Source: Alphaproteobacteria bacterium (GTDB lineage: Bacteria > Pseudomonadota > Alphaproteobacteria > SP197). From it: a stretch of 64,000 bases of DNA. Shown in pieces: positions 31,816 through 42,374 of this stretch (its first letter is position 1; the number at the start of each line of letters is the position of its first letter). The stretch is taken from positions 64,001 to 128,000 of the forward strand of contig OZ219917.1 of NCBI GenBank assembly GCA_964291415.2. The letters are read 5' to 3'. The notes beneath the pieces were generated by a model that had not been told where the DNA came from, searched no databases, and was given only the letters and a program-made list of their open reading frames with translations. Both the position numbers and the translations under genes were made by a program.

Positions 31816-32523
31816 CTACTTCGTCTCTGCTTCCAGCCACGCCTCCAGGGCGGCCGCGCCGCGTTCCCGCGTGGCGTCATCAAGAGTGCCCTCGAGGTTG
31901 GCCAGGTTCGTCGACGCGATGTCGTCACCCGCCCGGGCAGCAAGGCTGAGCCACAGATAGGCACCGACGGGGTCGTATGGTTCCACGGTCAGGAGCAGGA
32001 ATCCGAGAAGCGACATGGCGTCCCGTTCCCCGGCCCCGGCCGCCGCCTCGAGAAGGGCCCGGGCACCGTCCGGATCCGCCGGACCTCCCTTCGCCTCGAG
32101 AAGCAGGCGGGCAAGGCGCACCCTCGCCCGGTCGTGTGCCTGTGCGGCAGCTTCGCCGTACCAGTGCCGCGCCTCGACCAGATCAACGGGGAAGGGACTC
32201 GGGTCCCCCCACACATGACCGAATGTCGATCCGGTCTCGTAGCCATAGCCCAGGAGGAACTGCGCCTCGGCATTGCCCGCTTCGGCCTCGACGCGATACC
32301 ACGTCATCGCCTCGACAAAGGTCTCGGGAACATCCGCAGCAACGGGCAGGCCCGACCATCCGGTCACCAAGGCTGCCAACACGACAAGTCGCGTGTGTCG
32401 GAGGGTTCCATTCACCAGGCCCAAAACAGTCACTCCCGCCCTGATCAGCTCATCCAGGCAGCACGGCGATGCCGACAGTCCTGAAGCCTCATGAACCGGC
32501 CGAGCGTTCATACTACTCTCCAA
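31816..32523 (-). CDS. Secreted Sel1-repeat protein
   Basis: AMTWYR..AEAGNAEAQFLLG..YE.G, ARHWY.EAAAQ, AYLWLSLAA..G; true start probably near 32415-32433. Confidence 0.8.
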   Translation of the reverse strand: MESSMNARPVHEASGLSASPCCLDELIRAGVTVLGLVNGTLRHTRLVVLAALVTGWSGLPVAADVPETFVEAMTWYRVEAEAGNAEAQFLLGYGYETGSTFGHVWGDPSPFPVDLVEARHWYGEAAAQAHDRARVRLARLLLEAKGGPADPDGARALLEAAAGAGERDAMSLLGFLLLTVEPYDPVGAYLWLSLAARAGDDIASTNLANLEGTLDDATRERGAAALEAWLEAETK

Positions 32524-32583
32524 CCACGGGGATTGACCACTGTTTTGACGCGCCCCGGCCAGGGGTGTCCTGATGGCGGGGCG

Positions 32584-33537
32584 TCAGCCGGAATCGTCAC
32601 GGCCAACGAGAGTCTCCAGCAGGTGACGGGCGGCATCATCGATTCCCGTGGTGCCGTCTGCCACGGCATTGGAAAGATCGGTCAACCCGGGGTGGTGAAG
32701 GGCCCGTTCACGGGCCAGCACCAAAGCCGTCTCGATGATGTCCTGGCGCAGGCCCTGCCGGGTGCGCCGTGGCGATCGCGCGCCATGATGTCCAGTATCC
32801 AAGAGGAGGCCGGCAAGCTCGCCAACCCCGTCGCCGCGCGTGGCGACCGTCATGAGGACCGGAGGCACGTGTTCGCCTCTCCAGGACACTGCCGCCTCCA
32901 GTGCGGCTTTCGCGGCAAGTGCACCGGGTTGATCGGCCTTGTTGACAACAATCAGGTCCACGGTCTCCAGAATCCCGGCCTTTGCCGCCTGGATGTCGTC
33001 GCCGGACCCGGACGGCCACACCAGGATGCTCCTGTCCGCCAGGCGGGTGATCCCGCTCTCGGACTGGCCCGTGCCGACCGTCTCGACGATGATGATGTCG
33101 CATCCGGCAGCATCCATGACGTCGATGACGCGTGACGTGGTCGCCGCGAGACCGTCCGGACGGCCCCTGGAGGCGTGGCTGCGGATGAAGACTCCGCGGT
33201 CGCCGGAGTGGCCGGACATGCGGATGCGGTCACCGAGAAGGGCACCCCCGGTCAGGGAACTCGACGGGTCGACGGCGAGGACCGCGACCAGCCTCGAGCG
33301 GCGGCGGAATTCCCGCACCAGGGCGTCCGTCAGCGTCGACTTCCCGGCGCCGGGAGGACCGGTCAGGCCCAGGACGAACGCATGGCCGGCTTCCATGCGC
33401 GCGGTCTCGACGATCGCGGCAGCGTCCGGATAGTCGTTCTCCACGGCGGTCACGGCACGGGCGACGGACGCGCGCTCGCCCCGCCTCATGGCGCCAACCC
33501 AGGAAGGAGTGTCCGGCGCGCAAGCAGGATCTGTCAT
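32584..33537 (-). CDS. meaB: MeaB/ArgK family GTPase (methylmalonyl-CoA mutase chaperone)
   Basis: GLTGPPGAGKST, AVDPSS..TGGALLGDRIRM, VETVGTGQSE, GDDIQAAKAGI.E, VNKAD. Confidence 0.9.
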   Translation of the reverse strand: MTDPACAPDTPSWVGAMRRGERASVARAVTAVENDYPDAAAIVETARMEAGHAFVLGLTGPPGAGKSTLTDALVREFRRRSRLVAVLAVDPSSSLTGGALLGDRIRMSGHSGDRGVFIRSHASRGRPDGLAATTSRVIDVMDAAGCDIIIVETVGTGQSESGITRLADRSILVWPSGSGDDIQAAKAGILETVDLIVVNKADQPGALAAKAALEAAVSWRGEHVPPVLMTVATRGDGVGELAGLLLDTGHHGARSPRRTRQGLRQDIIETALVLARERALHHPGLTDLSNAVADGTTGIDDAARHLLETLVGRDDSG

Positions 33538-33592
33538 GGCAGGGGAGAATACTCCTGCCGGCGGGACCGGCAACCGGCCGCCCGCCGAGCGA

Positions 33593-34012
33593 TCAGGGAT
33601 CCCCGTCCCCGAGGGACATCAGGTAGGCGATCACGTCGGCGCGATCATCCTCGTCCTTCAGCTTGAAGACCATCTTGTTGCGCACCCTGGTGGCGTCCAG
33701 GGTGTCCTTCAGGAAGGCCTTGGGATCCGCGATGTAGGCGTCCACCAGTTCCGGCGTCCACACGAGACCCGCCTCGCCGGCCTCGATCATGCTGGTGGAG
33801 AACCTGTAGTCCGCCGTCCCCGCCTGGCGCCCGAAGAGACCGAGCAGGTTCGGACCCGCCGGCTTCGTCCTCCCCGCCTCGACCGAATGGCAGGCCTTGC
33901 ACTTCCTGAACACCTTCTCGCCGCGCACGGCATCTCCCGGCGTGAAGGCCACGCTGAAGGTGGTGAACAGGATCAACGCCAGGACTCCCGGCAGCAACGC
34001 GGCTCGCATCAT
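33593..34012 (-). CDS. Cytochrome c2-like class I c-type cytochrome (copy 1)
   Basis: Signal peptide, CKACH, GPNL.G.FGRQAG, KM axial Met. Confidence 0.92.
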   Translation of the reverse strand: MMRAALLPGVLALILFTTFSVAFTPGDAVRGEKVFRKCKACHSVEAGRTKPAGPNLLGLFGRQAGTADYRFSTSMIEAGEAGLVWTPELVDAYIADPKAFLKDTLDATRVRNKMVFKLKDEDDRADVIAYLMSLGDGDP

Positions 34013-34639
34013 GTCTGACTCTCTTCAAAATTCTCCGAACGTTGCGACTTCGCTGGCAGGGGTTCTCAACCTTCCGTCATGAAGGGAGCGATCCCCCGGG
34101 CCGCCTACCTTGACCATCAGGAATGTCGATGTCGACTCCGCGGCTCTTGCCGTTCAGGGCCGGGTGCCGCAGGGCACCCGAGTTGCCGTGAAAGGCCCCA
34201 TCATTGACAAACCATTGAGCGTGGTTCAATCCCGGGTGTGGTGTCGTGTTAGCTTAGCCAACGGTGATCGGATGGTCTCTGCCAAACGCTCTCGACAACG
34301 CAAGCAGACCGGCAGGGAAGACGTGCAGTCGGCCCGGAACCTCGTCGAGTTCGAGGTTGATCGTCCTGGCAGTCATGAGCCGTCGTCCGACCTCGCGATC
34401 GGCCAGGAGCTGCGATACCGGGACCTGACCGGCGTGACGCTCGCCGGTCTCTCAGGCATGGCGGTCAGGATTGAGAAAGGGAGCTTGGCGCCCTCGATCC
34501 AGACGCGCGTGCGCACGGCCGACGCGCTCGAGGTCCCCACCTCGATGGTCTTCCATCGCCCGAACAGGCGCCCGTCGGCCAACGTCGTGCCTTCGGGCAA
34601 CGGACGGGTGATCGACCGCAGCGGGACACGGCACCGCGC

Positions 34640-36718
34640 ATGACCCGGGATCCGCGCCACGACGTTCTCTTCGAGCCGGTGCGCATCGGACCGGTCACGG
34701 CGCCGAATCGCTTCTATCAGACTCCCCAGTGCAGCGGCATGGGGCGGAACTACCCCTCGTCGTGGGCCGTGATGCGCGGCATCAAGGCCGAGGGTGGCTG
34801 GGGGGTGGTCTTCGCCGAACAGTGCGACTTTCATCACAGCACCGACAACCCGCGCAACGTGCGCCTGTGGGATGCGCAGGACCTCGGCATCGTCACCCGC
34901 ATGGTCGAGGAGGTGCACGCCCACGGCAGCCTCGCCGGCCTCATGCTGGCGCACAACGGCTTCGTCACGCCCAACCTGATCAGCCGCGAAACGCCCCTGG
35001 CGCCCTCGATGATACCGTTGTTCGGCACCGCTCCCGGTCATGCCCGTCCGCTCGACAGGGCCGACATCCGCACACTGCGCCAGGCGCACCGAAGCGCCGC
35101 GCTGCTCGCCTGCGAGGCAGGCTTCGACATCGTCAACGTCTATGCCGGCCATGACCTGGCGCTGCCCATGCACTTCATCGCGAAACGCTACAATCAACGC
35201 AGTGACGAATACGGCGGAAGTCTCGCGAACCGTGTGCGCCTGCTGCGGGAGCTGATCGAGGACACCAGGGAGGCGATCGGCCACCGCTGCGCCGTCGGCG
35301 TGCGCTTCGCGGTCGACGAGATGGTGGGCGAGGCCGGACTCACCTGCGAGGGCGAGGGCCGCGAGGTCGTCGAGATGCTGGCGGAGCTGCCGGATATCTG
35401 GGATGTCAACGTGTCGCCATGGGCCAACGACTCGATCACGTCACGCTTCGGCGAGGAGGGTTCCCAGGAACGCTATGTCGCCTTCGTCAAGCAGCTGACG
35501 ACGAAGCCCGTTGTCGGGGTCGGACGGTTCACCAGTCCGGACACCATGGTCTCGCAGATCAGGCGCGGCATCCTCGACATGATCGGCGCGGCGCGCCCGA
35601 CGATCGCCGATCCCTTCCTGCCGCGCAAGATCGAGGAAGGGCGGCCGGAAGACATCCGCGAGTGCATCGGCTGCAATGTCTGCACCACCAACAACTACCT
35701 GATGGTGCCGATTCGCTGTACCCAGAACCCGACGATGGGCGAAGAGTGGCGCCGCGGCTGGCACCCGGAGCGCATCCCCGCGAAGTCGACGGACGACAGC
35801 ATCCTGATCGTCGGTGCCGGTCCCGCCGGCCTTGAGGCGGCCCGTGCCCTGGGCCAGCGGGGTTACGATGTCATGCTCGCCGAGGCGACCCGCGAGCCGG
35901 GCGGCCGGGTGAGCCGCGAATCGCGCCTGCCCGGACTTGCCGCCTGGGCGCGCGTGCGCGACTGGCGTCTGGGTCAGATCGCCAAGATGGCCCATGTCGA
36001 GATGTTCCTCGAGAGTCCCATGACGGCCGCCGACGTGCTGGAGACCGGCGCAACGCTCGTCGGCGTCGCGACCGGCGCATCCTGGCGGCGTGACGGAGTC
36101 GGCCGCCACCACCGCAGCCCGGTGCCAGGCATCGAACGTCCACACGTCATGACACCGGACGATCTCATGGACGGACGAGAGATCGCGGGCCACGTCGTGA
36201 TCTGGGACGACGATCACTACTACATGGCGAGCGTGCTCGCCGAACTGCTCGTCGAAGCGGGCTCTACCGTGACCATCGTCACACCCCAGGCGTCGGTCGC
36301 GGCCTACACGCACTACACCCTGGAGCTCGATCACATTCACCGCCGCCTGGGCCAACTCGGTGCCGCCATCGTCGGCCACCATGCCGTGACGCGCATCGCC
36401 GAAGGTGGCGTGGATCTTGCGAACGTCCACGGCGGGTCCGGTTCCGCGCTCGACTGCGACGGCGTGGTGATGGTGACGGGCCAGGTGCCGAACGACGCCC
36501 TTTGCCGGGAACTCGCGGCCCTGGCGCAAGCGCCGCGTCCGGTCGCCTTTGGCGACTGTCTCGCACCGTCTGTCATCGCGGCGGCGGTCTTTGCAGGTCA
36601 CCGCTTCGCCCGCGACCTCAATTTCGATCTCGCCTCCACCACGCCCTTCCTGCGCGAGGACGTCGCGATGGCGCCGCGACCGCCCCGGGAGCGCCTCGCC
36701 GTCCCGGGTGGCGGCTGA
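34640..36718 (+). CDS. Trimethylamine/histamine dehydrogenase-like iron-sulfur flavoprotein
   Basis: NRFYQTPQC (Cys at the covalent FMN position), KAEGGWG, SDEYGGSLANR, 4Fe-4S motif CIGCNVC..C, TQNPTMGEEWRRGWHPE, GAGPAGLEAA. Confidence 0.9.
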   Translation: MTRDPRHDVLFEPVRIGPVTAPNRFYQTPQCSGMGRNYPSSWAVMRGIKAEGGWGVVFAEQCDFHHSTDNPRNVRLWDAQDLGIVTRMVEEVHAHGSLAGLMLAHNGFVTPNLISRETPLAPSMIPLFGTAPGHARPLDRADIRTLRQAHRSAALLACEAGFDIVNVYAGHDLALPMHFIAKRYNQRSDEYGGSLANRVRLLRELIEDTREAIGHRCAVGVRFAVDEMVGEAGLTCEGEGREVVEMLAELPDIWDVNVSPWANDSITSRFGEEGSQERYVAFVKQLTTKPVVGVGRFTSPDTMVSQIRRGILDMIGAARPTIADPFLPRKIEEGRPEDIRECIGCNVCTTNNYLMVPIRCTQNPTMGEEWRRGWHPERIPAKSTDDSILIVGAGPAGLEAARALGQRGYDVMLAEATREPGGRVSRESRLPGLAAWARVRDWRLGQIAKMAHVEMFLESPMTAADVLETGATLVGVATGASWRRDGVGRHHRSPVPGIERPHVMTPDDLMDGREIAGHVVIWDDDHYYMASVLAELLVEAGSTVTIVTPQASVAAYTHYTLELDHIHRRLGQLGAAIVGHHAVTRIAEGGVDLANVHGGSGSALDCDGVVMVTGQVPNDALCRELAALAQAPRPVAFGDCLAPSVIAAAVFAGHRFARDLNFDLASTTPFLREDVAMAPRPPRERLAVPGGG

Positions 36719-36721
36719 CAG

Positions 36722-37864
36722 ATGACCGGGGCCGCCAGACCCGAACTCCCGCTCGCCGGCCACACGGTGGTCGAGATCGGCTCCTCGGTCGCCGCGCCCT
36801 ACGCGACATGGATCCTCGGCATGCTGGGCGCCGACGTGATCAAGGTGGAGAACGCCGAAGGCGGCGACGACGCCCGGCGCTGGGGCCGCATGTTGCCAGA
36901 CGGACGGTCGTCCTTCTTCCTGGCGCTCAATGGCAACAAGCGCTCGGTGCGGGTCAACCTCAAGGACGAGGCCGACCACGCCTGGCTCGCCCGTTCGTGC
37001 GCCGGGGCCGACGTCGTCGTGCAGAACATGCGGCCCAACAAGATCGCGCGCTACGGTCTCGACGGTCCCTCGCTGGTCGCGGCCAACACGCGCCTGGTCT
37101 ACTGCAACCTCGGCGCCTTCGGCGCCACGGGACCCATGAAGGACCGGCCCGGCTACGATCCCTTGATGCAGGCCGCAGGTGGCATCATGAGCGTCACCGG
37201 CGAGCCTGACCGGCCGCCCGTGCGCGTCGGCGTGTCGATCGTCGACATGGGAACGGGCATGTGGTGCGGCATCGGCATCCTTGCCGCGCTCTACGCGCGC
37301 AGGGAGACCGGGCGGGGCTGCATCGTCGATGCCTCGCTCTACGAGACCGCGCTCGGCTGGGTCGCGAACCAGGCCGCCATGGTGCAGGTGGACGGCGTCA
37401 ACCCGGAAAGGGTCGGCTCGGGCGCGCGTGGCCTGGCGCCCTACCAGGCCTATCGCTGCCGTGACGGCTGGCTGGTGGTGAGCGCACCCAACGACCGTCT
37501 CTTCGAACGGCTTGCCGGAGTGCTCGGTCATCCAGAGTGGCCAGGGGACGAACGCTTCTCCGGCAACCAGGAGCGCTACGCCAATCTCGGCGATCTCAAT
37601 GCGCTCATCGAGCCGATCCTCGCGGCCCGGACCCGCGATCACTGGATCGGCGTGCTCGATGACGCAGGCGTGCCCTGCGCGCCGGTGCGGGAGATCACCG
37701 AGATGCTGGCCGATCCGCAGACTGAAGCTCTCGGCATCCTCCAGCGTCTGGGCGCCGAGATTCCGCTGATGGGCCTGCCGCTCAGTTTCGACGGTATCCG
37801 GCCGCCGCTGCGCAGCTTGCCGCCGGATTTCGGCGAGCACGACGCACTGAAGGAGGAGAAATGA
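36722..37864 (+). CDS. CaiB/BaiF family (class III) CoA-transferase
   Basis: LGADVIKVE, NGNKRS, ADVVVQNMRP, PGYDPLMQA..GIMS.TG. Confidence 0.92.
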   Translation: MTGAARPELPLAGHTVVEIGSSVAAPYATWILGMLGADVIKVENAEGGDDARRWGRMLPDGRSSFFLALNGNKRSVRVNLKDEADHAWLARSCAGADVVVQNMRPNKIARYGLDGPSLVAANTRLVYCNLGAFGATGPMKDRPGYDPLMQAAGGIMSVTGEPDRPPVRVGVSIVDMGTGMWCGIGILAALYARRETGRGCIVDASLYETALGWVANQAAMVQVDGVNPERVGSGARGLAPYQAYRCRDGWLVVSAPNDRLFERLAGVLGHPEWPGDERFSGNQERYANLGDLNALIEPILAARTRDHWIGVLDDAGVPCAPVREITEMLADPQTEALGILQRLGAEIPLMGLPLSFDGIRPPLRSLPPDFGEHDALKEEK

Positions 37865-38655
37865 GGAGCGATTTCGAAACGCTGACGCTCGAGCGCGTGG
37901 GCGATCACGTGCTGCTGGTCACGCTCAACCGTCCGGAGGTGCTGAACGCGACCAACACGACGATGGGCCGCGAACGCCTGGAGCTCTTCGGCGGCCTCTA
38001 CGTCGACCAGGAGGACGTGCGCTCAATCGTGCTGACCGGCGCCGGCCAGAGGGCGTTCAGCGCCGGTGGCGATCTCAAGGAACGCAAGGGCATGTCGGAT
38101 GCCGACTGGCGCCGCCAGCACGCGATCTTCGAGCAGGGCGCCATGGCGCTCAAGCAGTGCCCCGTGCCGGTGATCGCGGCGGTCAATGGCGTGGCTTTCG
38201 GCGGCGGCTGCGAAACCGTGCTCTCCTGCGACTTCGCCTATGCCTCGTCGACCGCGATGTTTGCGCTGACCGAGGTGAAGATCGGCATCCTGCCGGGCAC
38301 CATGGGCACCCAGCAGCTGCCGCGCGCCGTGGGCGAGAGACGGGCCAAGGAGATCCTGATGACCGGCATGCCGTTCACGGCCGGGGAGGCTTTCGCGTGG
38401 GGACTGGTCAACCGCGTGTGCGAGCCCGACCGCCTGCTGGAGGAGGCACTCGAGACCGCGAGAGTGATCGCCGGCAACGCGCCGCTCGCCGTGCAGCGCA
38501 TCAAGCGCGCCGCCGGCGTCGCAGGCGATCTTGACCTCGCCTCCGGCTTCCAGTTCGAGCTGGAGGCCTACAACAGGCTGGTCGTCACCGAGGACCGCCA
38601 GGAGGGCGTCAACGCCTTCAACGAGAAACGCAAACCGCAGTTCAGGGGCAGGTGA
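37861..38655 (+). CDS. Enoyl-CoA hydratase/isomerase (methylglutaconyl-CoA hydratase-like)
   Basis: AFSAGGDLKERKGM, NG.AFGGGCE, TEVKIGILPG, DRQEGVNAFNEKR. Confidence 0.88.
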   Translation: MRSDFETLTLERVGDHVLLVTLNRPEVLNATNTTMGRERLELFGGLYVDQEDVRSIVLTGAGQRAFSAGGDLKERKGMSDADWRRQHAIFEQGAMALKQCPVPVIAAVNGVAFGGGCETVLSCDFAYASSTAMFALTEVKIGILPGTMGTQQLPRAVGERRAKEILMTGMPFTAGEAFAWGLVNRVCEPDRLLEEALETARVIAGNAPLAVQRIKRAAGVAGDLDLASGFQFELEAYNRLVVTEDRQEGVNAFNEKRKPQFRGR

Positions 38656-38656
38656 G

Positions 38657-39601
38657 ATGAGCGAGATCGATGTCGTCGTCCAGGAGGTCGGTCCGCGGGA
38701 CGGGCTGCAGAATGTCGAGCGGACCATGCCGACGGATGCCAAGATGGAGTGGATCGGCGCGGTCTGCGAGGCGGGCGTCCCGCAAGTCCAGGTCGGCAGC
38801 TTTGTGCCGCCCAGGCTGATTCCGCAGCTTGCCGACACCGCCGAGATCGTCCGGCGTACGCGTGAAGGCTGGCCCCGGGTGGCCCTCTCCGTGCTGATTC
38901 CGAACCTGAAAGGCGCCGAGCTCGCCTTGCCGACCGGGCCCGACCAGGTGGCCTTCGTGCTCTCTGCCTCGGCCGCCCACAACGAGCGCAACGTGCGCCG
39001 CCCCGTCGACGAGTCGCTTGCCGACTTCGCCCGCATCGTGGCGCTGCGCAACGAGCTCGATCCCCGGCGCCGCGTGAAGGTATCGGGCGGCATCGCGACG
39101 GCGTTCGGCTGCACCATGCAGGGAGAGGTGCCGGAGGCGGAGGTTCTGCGCCTGGCCGTGACGCTGGCCGAGGCCGGCGCCGACCGCATCGGCATCGCCG
39201 ACACCGTGGGCTACGCCAACCCCGGGCAGGTGCGGCGTGTGTTCACGGATGTGCGGGCGGCCATCGGCCCCGAGATTGCGCTCGGCGCGCACTTCCACGA
39301 CACCCGCGGTCTCGGACTCGCCAACGTGCTGGCCGCGCTGGAGGCGGGCGTGCGCCAGTTCGACGGCGGCATGGGCGGCCTCGGCGGCTGTCCCTATGCG
39401 CCCGGCGCCACCGGCAACATCGTCACGGAGGATCTCGTCTTCATGCTCGAATCCATGGGGCTCAGAACAGGCATCGACCTCGAGAGGCTGGTCGCTGCGC
39501 GGCGCATCATGGAAGCGCACCTGCCGGGCGAGCCGACCCATGGCACCTTTGTCAAGGCCGGCGCGCCCAAGGGCTTCGTGCCCGCGAGCCGGGCGGCCTG
39601 A
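38657..39601 (+). CDS. Hydroxymethylglutaryl-CoA lyase family protein
   Basis: EVGPRDGLQN, ADTVGYANP, HFHDTRG.GLAN, GLGGCPYAPGATGNI.TEDL. Confidence 0.92.
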   Translation: MSEIDVVVQEVGPRDGLQNVERTMPTDAKMEWIGAVCEAGVPQVQVGSFVPPRLIPQLADTAEIVRRTREGWPRVALSVLIPNLKGAELALPTGPDQVAFVLSASAAHNERNVRRPVDESLADFARIVALRNELDPRRRVKVSGGIATAFGCTMQGEVPEAEVLRLAVTLAEAGADRIGIADTVGYANPGQVRRVFTDVRAAIGPEIALGAHFHDTRGLGLANVLAALEAGVRQFDGGMGGLGGCPYAPGATGNIVTEDLVFMLESMGLRTGIDLERLVAARRIMEAHLPGEPTHGTFVKAGAPKGFVPASRAA

Positions 39602-39603
39602 CC

Positions 39604-40788
39604 ATGGCGGAGATGCCGGTGATGGAGCTCGGCGAGGACTATCCCGAGCTGCGCCGCCAGGTGATGCGACTGTGTGCCCGCTTTCCCGGGGAGTACTGGC
39701 GCGAGCTCGAAAGGCAGCCGGTCGACACGTCCTATCCCACGGCATTCATCGACGCCATGACCGAGGCAGGCTATCTCGCCGCGCTGATCCCCGAAGACTA
39801 CGGCGGGTCGGGCCTGCCGCTGCGCGCCGGCGCCGTGATCCTCGAGACGGTCAACCGCTGCGGCGGCAGCGCCGCGGCCGGTCATGCCCAGATGTACACG
39901 ATGGGCACGGTGCTGCGGCATGGCAGCGACGCGCAGAAACGAAAGTACCTGCCCAGGATTGCCTCGGGCGAACTGCGCCTGCAGGCCTTCGGCGTCACCG
40001 AGCCGGCGTCGGGTTCGGACACGACGCAGATCGCCACGCGGGCCGAACGCACGAACGAAGGCTACGTCATCAACGGACAGAAGGTCTGGATCAGCCGCGC
40101 ACTGCACTCCGACCTGATGCTGCTGCTTGCGCGCACGACGCCGCTCGCCGACGTCGAGAAGCGACACCACGGCATCTCGACGTTCCTGATCGATCTCCGG
40201 GATGCGCAACGCAACGGCTGCACGATCCGTCCCATCGACGCCATGATCAATCACAACACCACCGAGGTGTTCTTCGACAACGTCGTGGTGCCCCACGATG
40301 CGCTGATCGGCGAGGAAGGCCGGGGGTTCCGCTACATCCTCGACGGCATGAACGCCGAGCGTTGCCTGACGGCATCGGAGGCGATCGGCAACGGCCGCTA
40401 CTTTGTCGACAAGGCCGTGGCCTACGCCAGCGAGCGCGTCGTGTTCGGCCGGGCCATCGGCCAGAACCAGGGCATACAGTTCCCGATCGCCGAGGCCCAC
40501 ACGCATCTCGAGGCGGCCGAGCTGATGGTGCGCAGAGCCACGGCGCTGTTCGACGCCGGCGAGCCCTGCGGCGCCGAGGCCAACATGGCGCGCTATCTCT
40601 CGTCGAAGGCGGCCTGGGACTGTGCCGAGGCCTGCTTCACGGCCCATGGCGGCTTCGCCTTCGCCCGCGAGTACGACATCGAGCGCAAGTGGCGCGAGGC
40701 GCGCCTGTCGCGCACCGCGCCCATCTCACCCAACCTGATCCTGAGCTTCATCGCCCAGCACGTTCTGGGCCTCCCCAGGTCGTACTGA
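39604..40788 (+). CDS. Acyl-CoA dehydrogenase
   Basis: HAQMYTMG, LQAFGVTEP.SGSDT, GMNAER, YDIERKWREARL. Confidence 0.92.
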   Translation: MAEMPVMELGEDYPELRRQVMRLCARFPGEYWRELERQPVDTSYPTAFIDAMTEAGYLAALIPEDYGGSGLPLRAGAVILETVNRCGGSAAAGHAQMYTMGTVLRHGSDAQKRKYLPRIASGELRLQAFGVTEPASGSDTTQIATRAERTNEGYVINGQKVWISRALHSDLMLLLARTTPLADVEKRHHGISTFLIDLRDAQRNGCTIRPIDAMINHNTTEVFFDNVVVPHDALIGEEGRGFRYILDGMNAERCLTASEAIGNGRYFVDKAVAYASERVVFGRAIGQNQGIQFPIAEAHTHLEAAELMVRRATALFDAGEPCGAEANMARYLSSKAAWDCAEACFTAHGGFAFAREYDIERKWREARLSRTAPISPNLILSFIAQHVLGLPRSY

Positions 40789-41018
40789 TGACCGCGCCTG
40801 GCCAGATCTCCGGTCCCCGGTTGGCGCGCGGCGAACCCGAAGGGCCATCGATCCGCGGCCGGTCCTCCGACGCACCCTCCATGCTCGAGTTTGATGCCGC
40901 CTCCGCCGGTACCTGTGATACGATTCCTGGCGAGTGGAGCCTGCCGGCGGGCCAGGGACCGGAATGCCCGCTGCGGACGTGTTGAACCCTGACCGACCGC
41001 CTGAGGGAAGACGACAGG

Positions 41019-42137
41019 ATGGCCATGTTCAAAGCTCGCGACCTCGGTATCGACATCGAGGAGATCGATCGGCGCCTGGCGGACAACTGGAGCCTGCCGA
41101 CCCGGTTCTACTGGGATCCGGACATCTTCGATCTCGAGATGGAGGCGATCTTCGCCAGGAACTGGCTCTACTTCGGGTCCGTGCACCAGGTCGCCAGGCC
41201 CGGTGACGTCGTGGTGCGCCGACTGGGACGCTGGCCGATCGTCGTGACGCGGGACAGGACCGGCAAGCTGCGGGCCTTCCTCAACATCTGCCGCCACCGC
41301 GGCTACACGGTGGTGGAGAGCAGCAGGTCGAACTGCCTCAGGCTTGCGTGCCGCTACCACGGCTGGTCCTACCATCTCGACGGGACCCTGGCGCACGCGC
41401 CGGATGCCGCGGGCGAGGCCGGTTTCTGCAAGGACGAGCTGGGCCTCACGGCGATCGCGATCGAGCAATGGGGGCCGGCGCTCTTCGTCAATCCCGATGC
41501 CGGGGCCGAACCGATCGCGACATTCTGGGGCAAGGGCTACACCAGAAGCGACGCCGAGGGCCTCGCCCCCGACGCGGAAGAATTCGAGCTCGTGCGCGAG
41601 GTGATCTACGACGTCCGGACCAACTGGAAGCTGTGGTACGACAATGGCGCGGAGTGCTACCACTGCGCCCTGATCCACGGCGAGTCCTTCGCCAACGCCT
41701 ACCAGTCGGATGCCGGCACCTACGAGACCGAGACCGGCCCCAACTTCAGCTTCAACATGTACCACGGCAAGCCGCGCAGGGGCGCCAACGCCGGCCCGGC
41801 GAGCGACAATCCGGTGTTGCAGGCCTTCCCCGGCTTCGTCGGCTTCCGGGACGGCGACATCCTGCACCATGCCGGCATGGTGCCGGTCGCGCCGGACCGC
41901 ACCTGCCACGTCACCCACTACTACGCGCGGCCCGGCACGGACCCCGACTACGTCGCGTCGTGGTGCGACCTCTGGGACCAGACCTACCGCGAGGACAACG
42001 TGGTGACCGCGGATCAGCACCGCAATCTGGCGTCGGCCCTGCAACCCTGGAATCGCTATGTCGCGAGCCGCGAAGCCGGCGCCCAGCACATCAGCCGGGA
42101 AATCTGGCGCCATTGCAGGACCGCGCTTGAAGCCTGA
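41019..42137 (+). CDS. Rieske oxygenase alpha subunit (choline monooxygenase/CntA-like group)
   Basis: CRHRG...CRYHGWSY Rieske motif; NWK...DN..ECYHC..IH iron site; RED. Confidence 0.88.
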   Translation: MAMFKARDLGIDIEEIDRRLADNWSLPTRFYWDPDIFDLEMEAIFARNWLYFGSVHQVARPGDVVVRRLGRWPIVVTRDRTGKLRAFLNICRHRGYTVVESSRSNCLRLACRYHGWSYHLDGTLAHAPDAAGEAGFCKDELGLTAIAIEQWGPALFVNPDAGAEPIATFWGKGYTRSDAEGLAPDAEEFELVREVIYDVRTNWKLWYDNGAECYHCALIHGESFANAYQSDAGTYETETGPNFSFNMYHGKPRRGANAGPASDNPVLQAFPGFVGFRDGDILHHAGMVPVAPDRTCHVTHYYARPGTDPDYVASWCDLWDQTYREDNVVTADQHRNLASALQPWNRYVASREAGAQHISREIWRHCRTALEA

Positions 42138-42374
42138 CGTCCCGCATCCCTCGAGGCCGAGGTTCACGATCAATTCCGGGCGTCTTCGAAGACGAGAACG
42201 TCACGCATGAGCCAGCTCCCGAAACTCCCTTGCGGCCAGGACGGACCCGCGCTGGTCTGGAAGACACAGGCACGCCGAAGGCTGCCGGGTGACTTGCCAT
42301 CGGACCGGCCTCTATGGTCTAGATGGCGACAGCCGCAACAGTCGGGCAGGCGCACGATTTAAGGAGACGAGGTG

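Noticed and set aside
34020-34640. Gene or riboswitch in the 600-bp gap upstream of the TMADH-like gene
   Set aside because: ORFs have no recognisable motifs; only an isolated ttgaca and no convincing RNA structure.
35441-37840. Long antisense ORFs (this 799-aa ORF, also 553..2208, 51412..53982 and 60742..63204)
   Set aside because: Shadow frames of well-supported genes in high-GC DNA with no recognisable motifs.
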